From NCBI RefSeq assembly GCF_009914755.1, contig NC_060931.1: 64,000 bases of DNA; one strand, written 5' to 3'. This DNA is from the human T2T-CHM13v2.0 reference genome, Homo sapiens. Below the pieces are notes generated by a model. That model had not been told where the DNA came from, made no database searches, and saw only the letters and a list, made by a program, of their open reading frames with translations. A program made the translations under genes and the position numbers. Of this stretch, positions 56,244 to 64,000 are shown piece by piece. Each line of letters starts with the position of its first letter. Position 1 is the first letter of the stretch.

Positions 56244-58023
56244 GTCATCCAGTAATGATGTAGGGTTGTAGTATGTCTATTCCTTTCCCATGTTCCAGGT
56301 GAACCTGTAAATCTCCTAAGGTCAGAATTTGCCCGAGTAGTTTGGATGTGAGAAAAGTTTTGTCTCAAGGGGTTCCCCCATCAATCTCTAGGAGCACCAA
56401 GTGGGTACAAGTGACTCAGTACAATTCATGACCACAGAGGGAAAGTCAGTTGAATAACTTCTCATATTGGGTGATGAATAACATCCTCCTAATATAGGCT
56501 TTCTCATGCTCAAATATTCAGAGTGCTACTTAGGCAATAACCATTGTTGTACAACAGAAACTTATTTTTACCTAGATGTAACATCTTAGATTATTCTTAC
56601 CGTGGATAAACAAAATGTTTTTGATGAAATCTTACAGTTACTAATCTGAACTTGAGCAGAGACCAGAACTTACAAACAGAACAATGTCTTCTAACCTCTG
56701 GTATTATTTTAAGTGTTTTGTTAAGACATTGATTAAATGTCAATAAATATAGAACCAGATATGAATACTTTGTGCTTATAGCTCTTATACAATTGTAGCC
56801 CAAATCAAAGTTACAAGCTAAATATATCTCCTTTAAAGCCAATAGAATCCAAATCTACAAAGTTTACTTAATATTGGCTTGTTGAAAATTAAATTACCTT
56901 TTGTCATGTGAATATGGTACTTGTGCTGAATAAATGTCTTTTTTGCTATCACCTGTCATTCAAGATGAGTCCTATCATGATTACTCTCTGTCCTGCAATA
57001 CGGCTTAAAAATAATTTCACAACACCAGCTAGGATGAATAGGAAATAGGCTTCATTGGGGAAACTTACAAGGAAAGAGTCAGCAAGGAGGAAAGCCTGTG
57101 GTTGTCCATGGAGGGAGATGTGTTATGGATAGCAGACTTTGCTGGACATGCTGCAGATGTATGTTTTAATAAAGGTTCTTTGCTTTTTATTGCTTTACTT
57201 TTTTATAGTATAAACACGAAATCACCATGTCAGAAGCCAAATATACTACTCAAACAATTAGGATATCTGGACTTGGATCCAGTACTATAAGAGTTATCTG
57301 GGAAATCAGCTGCCTAGGGCCATTGGGGGCCATTGTGGAGTTGGGTTTGGGTACAGACCTTCCTGCTGCGGGAGGCTGGTCACCGAACTGGGGTTGGTGC
57401 AGTTCCAGTTGACTCAGAACTTGTAATCCAGGCAACCTAGTGAGCTCCTAGGACCATTTTTAGACAATGCTGCTTGATGCACCACAATGCTAGATGCTAT
57501 GATGCAGGTTCATTTGAGTTTGGTATGTTGAAATCAGTGTGAGTCATGTGGTAATTCAATTTTCCTCATCTTTTTTTTCTGTTTGAGCTATTATAAAACT
57601 TTTGTTTCCTACAATATATCATGACATCATTTATTCTTGAGGAAAAGCCTCATTGATGTATTGCTTAGACAGTGTTAACCTATTTGCAAACTTTAGATGT
57701 AAGCCCTAAAATCTTGCAGCAGTATTCATTTACAAGGTGATAAGGTGATCTGTATCATTTAAACATGCCTGCTTTTCTATTTTAGATTACCACAAAAACA
57801 AAAACAGAAAACTGAAAACAATGCTTATGCCCCCTACTCTGTAGACTTAAGAAACACTGGAAAAAATATGTATGTTGGGGCTAGGCAACCTTGGACTTGA
57901 ATTCCTGGTTCAATGGGTGTGGCCTTGGGCAAGTCATCAAACCTCTCTGGGCCTTGGTTTCTGTATTTGTAAAGTGGGAATGACATTCATTCACTCAACA
58001 AATATTAACTAAGCAGGCACTGT

Positions 58024-58348
<325 letters not shown>

Positions 58349-58888
58349 CTATGTGTAGGCTAAGTACCTGCCTTCCTGGAGCTGACATTGTAGAGAGATT
58401 GCAGAATGGAGAGAGAGAACAATATGCATGCAAACAAAGTAATTTCACATAGTGATTTGTGGTGTGAAGAATAGAGGGCAATGGGATAGAAAGTGACTGG
58501 GGATAAAGGCAGAGTTGGTACATTAGTCAGGGAAACCAGGGAAAAGAGGATATGTGGCATTTGAGCTGAGTCCCAAATGAGGAGAGGAAGCCAGACCCAT
58601 GAGTTAGGAGATGTGGAGGTGAGCTTGGTGCATATGAGGCTCTGGTAGGAGGTCAGCGTGACTGGAACACAGAGAAGGAAATGATGAGGTCTGCTTTGCA
58701 GAGTTGTTTAAGGATTACATGAGCTAAGTCTATAAAGTGCCTAACATAGAGTAGGCACCCAACAAATGGCAAGCATTATTTTTATTGTAGATTATATATT
58801 CTTATTTCGTAGGTTAAAGAGTTAATTTTTTCCAAATGGAAAAGTTTTGTTCTCACTTCAACCCTTCCCTTTAGAAATAAAAAGATAA

Positions 58889-59260
<372 letters not shown>

Positions 59261-59681
59261 TAAAGTTTTTTTCAATCATGTTCGTGGTATGTTTTCTTAA
59301 TAATTTCAGGATATACATTATTCAGACAATCATAGAATCTTTATTTATTAAAATTAGTGATACTTTGGAGGACATCCTGGTCCACTCATTTTTCTGGTAG
59401 GCAAGATGCAGCCCAAGTAAAAGATGTAGTTTAAGAGTACGGAATTTGTGGCACAGCTTTTCTAAGATTCCAGGTCCCTGGACTTAGACTTTGTCTATTT
59501 TTTAAATGATCCTAATGCATTTTCTTCTTCTACCCTTCCTCTCCAATCTTACCGTGGCTTTTTGTTGACACTGTGATTAGCAAAGTGATACTCAGCGTAT
59601 GTTTAAGGTTGTGCACAAGCCAGTAATATTGCCAGTAATTTAAAGCCTTTCAGACAGATTATAGCATAGTTTATAAGGGCA

Positions 59682-60111
59682 TTATTACAGACTAAATGCT
59701 TGTGTCCCCTCCAAATTCATATGTTGAAGACCTAACTTGGAAGTAATGGTATTGGAGATGGGATCTTTGGGAGATAATTGGGTTTAGATGAAGTTGTGAG
59801 GGTAGGATCCTCATGATGGGATTAGTGCCTTTATAAGAGGAGACCAGAGAGCTTGCATGCTTGCTCTCTCTCTCTCTCACTCTCTCTCTCTCTTTCTCAC
59901 TCATGCTCACTCGCTGTCTTTCTCTTCCATGTGAAAACACAGCAAGAAGGCAGCCATCTGTAGGGCAGGAAGAGAGCCCTCACCAGAACTTGACCATGCT
60001 GGCACCCTGATCTCAGACTTCTAGCCTCCAGAACTGTAAGACATAAATGTCTGTTGTTTAAGCCACCCAGTCTGTAGTATTCTGTTATAGAGCCCTGAGA
60101 AGACTAAGACA
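59682..60111 (+). mobile_element. MST/MLT1A-type MaLR solo LTR
   Basis: tgtgtcccctccaaattcatatgttgaa...ctccagaactgtaag...gactaagaca. Confidence 0.85.
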
Positions 60112-63100
60112 GGCATTTATATTGTGATGTTTTAGATATGCTACATTGTTGGATGTTTACTAGGGTGGGAGAGAATAAAATAGTAGGTTATTGCCACAGG
60201 AAACCTGACTGATGAAATTTTTGGTAATTTTCTTTCCAAGTTTGCTAAGGTCTTCTCATCTTTGTAGTGAGGTGTCAATGTCAAAGTTACATATCCTTTA
60301 AAAAAATCTGCTTTAAAACTGGTCACTACTGATTTTATGACATGAGGCACAAATTGAAGATCGAAGAGATCAATACCAGTTAATAATATGTTAGGGGAAC
60401 TTGCAAGGTCTCCAATAACTTGAGTTGTCCGGATGAAATACATCAGTGCTGGAGAATAGTTGTTAAGATAGATGGGCTTGCTGTATGCTAAAATGTAGCA
60501 CTATTTTGTGCTTGTAATTGAGAATTAGATCTTTGCTAGCAGTTTTATTAGTGATGTATGAGTCAGAGGAGACTACAATTCTCTTCTAAACCTATACTAA
60601 AGATACGATGCTGACAGTAGGGGGAAAAGGCTTCATCAGTAAATAAATACAATGTAGACATGAAGAATTGATGTATATGGTTATAATTGTACTCTATTAC
60701 TTTTACAAAGTCCTCTGGCCTACCCATGCTTAAGAAAATATAAGACTAAATGGCCCCTCGAAAAGGTAAATTAATTGACGTATTGCTTTTCGAAATTTAG
60801 ACTCAACTGTTCCCTGCAGAATAGTAGATGTCCAAGTGCTCAGGACCACATTTCTAACAAAAGAAAAATAAAGGGAATTCTAATGCATGTATCAGTCAGG
60901 CAATTGCATGTATTGCTTTTATATCCGATTAAATTTGTGAAATGGTTTGTAGAGTACTTGTGGTAATTCTTCAATATTGGGGTAATGAGAAGAGCATTTG
61001 GAGTTGAAAACCCTTCCTACATATTAATGATTCTAAGATTTGTTGTTTATTTATTTTGAATTTTCATTTTTTTTTTACCATAGCACAGCAGCCAGATAGG
61101 TTAATATTTGTTTGTTTTTTTTTAAATTTTCAAAATAGGAGGAGTAATAATACCTACATCTCAGGGTTGTCATAAGAGTTTAATGAGATAATGCATGTGA
61201 AATATATTTGGTGGCCTAAAAAAAACAATTAACAGATGTTATATACCCATAAAGTTAATTCATTTATACATTGGAAAATTCAACATAAAGGAAATAATAA
61301 AGAAAAAGGGTTTGTCATCAATATTAAATGAAGAAATGAGTGGCAAAATAAGCAATGAAAATGTGAGTAGAAGGTACAGTTGAGTGGTAATCGGTTGAAG
61401 GAAGTTGCTTTAGGGGTCTTGTCATCAACAGCCAGGCGGAGAAGTTTATCACCAGGGAAACTAGTTGTCTTCCTGGGAGCCAGTATAGAAGGAGAGCTGG
61501 GGACTCTGGACAGGGATGTGGGAAGTGGTGGAGCCTTCTTTTCTCCTGGTTCATCAGTCAGGACAGGCTAAAACTCAGCAGTGCAAGGGAGAAGGTCTGC
61601 AGTGGCCTGGACTATTTAGGTTTAGGCAGAAGGAGGTACTCTCTACCAAAAGAGTTGGCCGATGGGCCCACCTGTCCCATGTACATAGATTCTTAGTAAA
61701 AAATCTAGCTTGCTTTTCAAATACAGCCTTAATGCAAGTCTCCATTCCATCCAGATGGCCTCTAAGCCCTTCTTATTTAGAAATTTTGAAGCTGTCACTT
61801 TCTGCTCTATTTTAAAAGTAGAAAAATGTTGAGCTCTCTTTATATTTATTTGCATAGAGTTTATCTGCTCCAGACAACTCCATGGAATGTGCTTCCTCCC
61901 TGACAGTTTGTTTCCCACTGTTTCCTCACAGCCTAGCATGTAAAATAGGTGCTCACTAAATTACAATGAATGAATATATAACAGAATATAAATAAGGAGC
62001 ACATGTAAATAAGAAAGCGATATGTATTGGAGAAGTAACATTTATTGGCTGCCTCTTTGCATACTTGTAGTAACTTATTTGAGCCTTTGAACAATGCTGT
62101 GAAATAGATGTGATTGTCCTATTTGGTAAATGAGTGAATGGAGACTTGAAGAATTTATAAAACGTGTTTCTGTTCTTACATCTGGTAAGTGTGATAAATG
62201 TGGGTCAAATTTGACCAATGCCAAAATCCACAATCCTCTAACTGCTGAGTTCTCCTTGAACAGCAGGGATGATGACATAAGGAGGGGGCAGAGCTAGACT
62301 CCATTCTAAGGAGGCTCCAAGGGGGAACTCAAAAGTCAACTGGGATTCTGGGGAAAAATAGAACTGAATTTTCCATTCATTGTTAAATAAAAAATTAGGG
62401 TCTGTTTGAAGTGATTTCAATGTTCCCAGTGAGTTAGTAACACAGATAAACATACTTAGCAGGACCTGGGCTGTGGTAGGGACTCAATAAATGTTTATAG
62501 CACAAATGAATGAAAAAAAATGAATGAAAGAACAGGGTAAGTCAACTAGAGGGCAGCTGGTTTCAACATAGAAGCCATGCCGATTACCATGACTAGCACC
62601 AGGGAAATGGAAAAAGTTAACAGGGAGATGAGCATAAAGATGGTGAATTGGAGCAGTCTCTGGGTCTATAAGTAAATGAGAAACCAGGCAAACACATTGA
62701 AAACTCACATATAAAGGTTTTTGTGTCTTTTATTGAGTTCTGTAAGCAATCATAATGGGTTTCTTCTTGAGTTCTTTAAATGATCTATTAAAAAAAAAAC
62801 CCAGCCACAGCATTTGGAAAGTCAACAAAGCTTTACAGGATGGGCTCTCCAGAATCAGGAAAGTAAATACTATGAGCCTCTTGGTACCCTGGGTGAGTTA
62901 CCACACTCAGGTTGCAAATTATTCCTCCAGCTGTAATTACAACATTAATTGTGAGCTTTATTTATTTAGTGTTACTCATGAGGCAAGAGGTTTGCTATTC
63001 TGCATGGTTGGTGAAGGGGCAATTCTGGACCACAGTGGGGAGTGGCTGGTGGTGTCTGGGTCTGGGATGCCGTCTTCTATCTGCCTTCAGCTGTGGCCAG

Positions 63101-63635
63101 TGTTGGGGAGGCAAATTTCTACTTCCTTCCTCTTAGGGTCTGGCTGGGCCCAAGAATTAAGTTGACATAAGCTAGATTAATAGACGAAAAGTACACACAT
63201 TTATTTTATACAAGCTTTATGTGGCACAGGAGACCTCATAAGGAAATGAAGACCCAAAGGAGCAGTTAGAGCCCATCGCTTACATACTGAATTGGACAAA
63301 GAAAAGCAAGTTGTGAAAATGTGATAAGTAAAGGGGCTTGGGCTAGGTTAGCTAATTGGGTAGAGACGTGACCAGGAAAATAAGAGTTAGTTTAACAAGG
63401 TTTGCTTGTATAAACTTCCCTAGGCTTCAACTTTCTATTCTTGATAAGATTGTTGCTTTCTTTCTGGTATAGGGAGGACCTCCTTCATGTGGGAATTTTG
63501 TCTCTTGCTTTTAAGAAACAGAATGGAGATTAGAGTGATCTTTTTGTACTTACTATTTTTTTAAGTGCCTTTATTTCAAAATAGTCAATATGCTAGAGCA
63601 GCGTATTTTGGGGTGTCATAGTCTTAACTCCTTCA
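63101..63635 (-). mobile_element. Solo ERV1 LTR, MER34-like
   Basis: Minus-strand start tgaaggagttaagactatgacaccccaaaata; TG..CA ends; approximate 4-bp TSD ccag/ctag. Confidence 0.7.
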
Positions 63636-64000
63636 CTAGAATAAGGCCTTGCTCACTAAATGATGATGTGTTAGGATGAGGAAGCATCACTGTTACCTGA
63701 CAAATAAGAAGAAATAAGCTCATGGAGAATACTAATGTTCCTAAGGAAAGCTACAGTGCTTGGAGTTGTCTTCTAACACTTTCTGAGGCTACACCTTGGG
63801 GTCCCAAACACCACTTCTTGGTACCATTCCTAGAGGCAGAATCCTAAATTGAAAGGACCACTGACCTTAAGTGATAAGACACTTTTTATATCATTTTGCT
63901 CTGTCCCCTTCCCTGTGAAAGCAATGGAGAGGGTAGTGCTGTCCTGTAACAGCTCAGGCAGTGGCTCAACAGTGGTCTGCTTTGGTCAATTGGTTTAGGA

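Overview
Primate (human-like: AluY, L1PA2, LTR12 present) genomic DNA around the 5' end of the myotrophin gene MTPN on the minus strand. The only protein-coding sequence I can support is MTPN coding exon 1 (16310..16239, [24 protein letters not shown], phase-0 GT donor), inside a CpG-island promoter with perfect NRF1 and ETS/GABP motifs. Bases 1-16238 are MTPN intron 1 (exon 2 not seen). Bases above about 16.8 kb are repeat-rich upstream DNA. That region includes a complete non-coding MER4-group provirus (two LTRs, GTGG TSD, PBS-like and PPT-like sites) nested in an old MaLR element, plus many Alu, L1, L2, MIR, L3, LTR and DNA-transposon relics. I found no convincing new multi-gene system. The most interesting unexplained structures are: (1) a 5'-inverted L1PA2 carrying an about 210-nt 3' transduction, closed by a 12-bp TSD; (2) a near-perfect 45-bp-stem hairpin in the MTPN pre-mRNA; (3) a second 5'-inverted L1PA2 whose inversion starts at almost the same L1 nucleotide; (4) an LTR12 R-U5-only fragment with no TSD; (5) an exact 25-bp duplication 2.26 kb apart in non-repetitive-looking DNA; (6) an AUG-free MTPN 5' leader that is open in frame with the CDS. 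Repeat family names and many boundaries come from recognising consensus sequences by eye and need RepeatMasker/Dfam confirmation.
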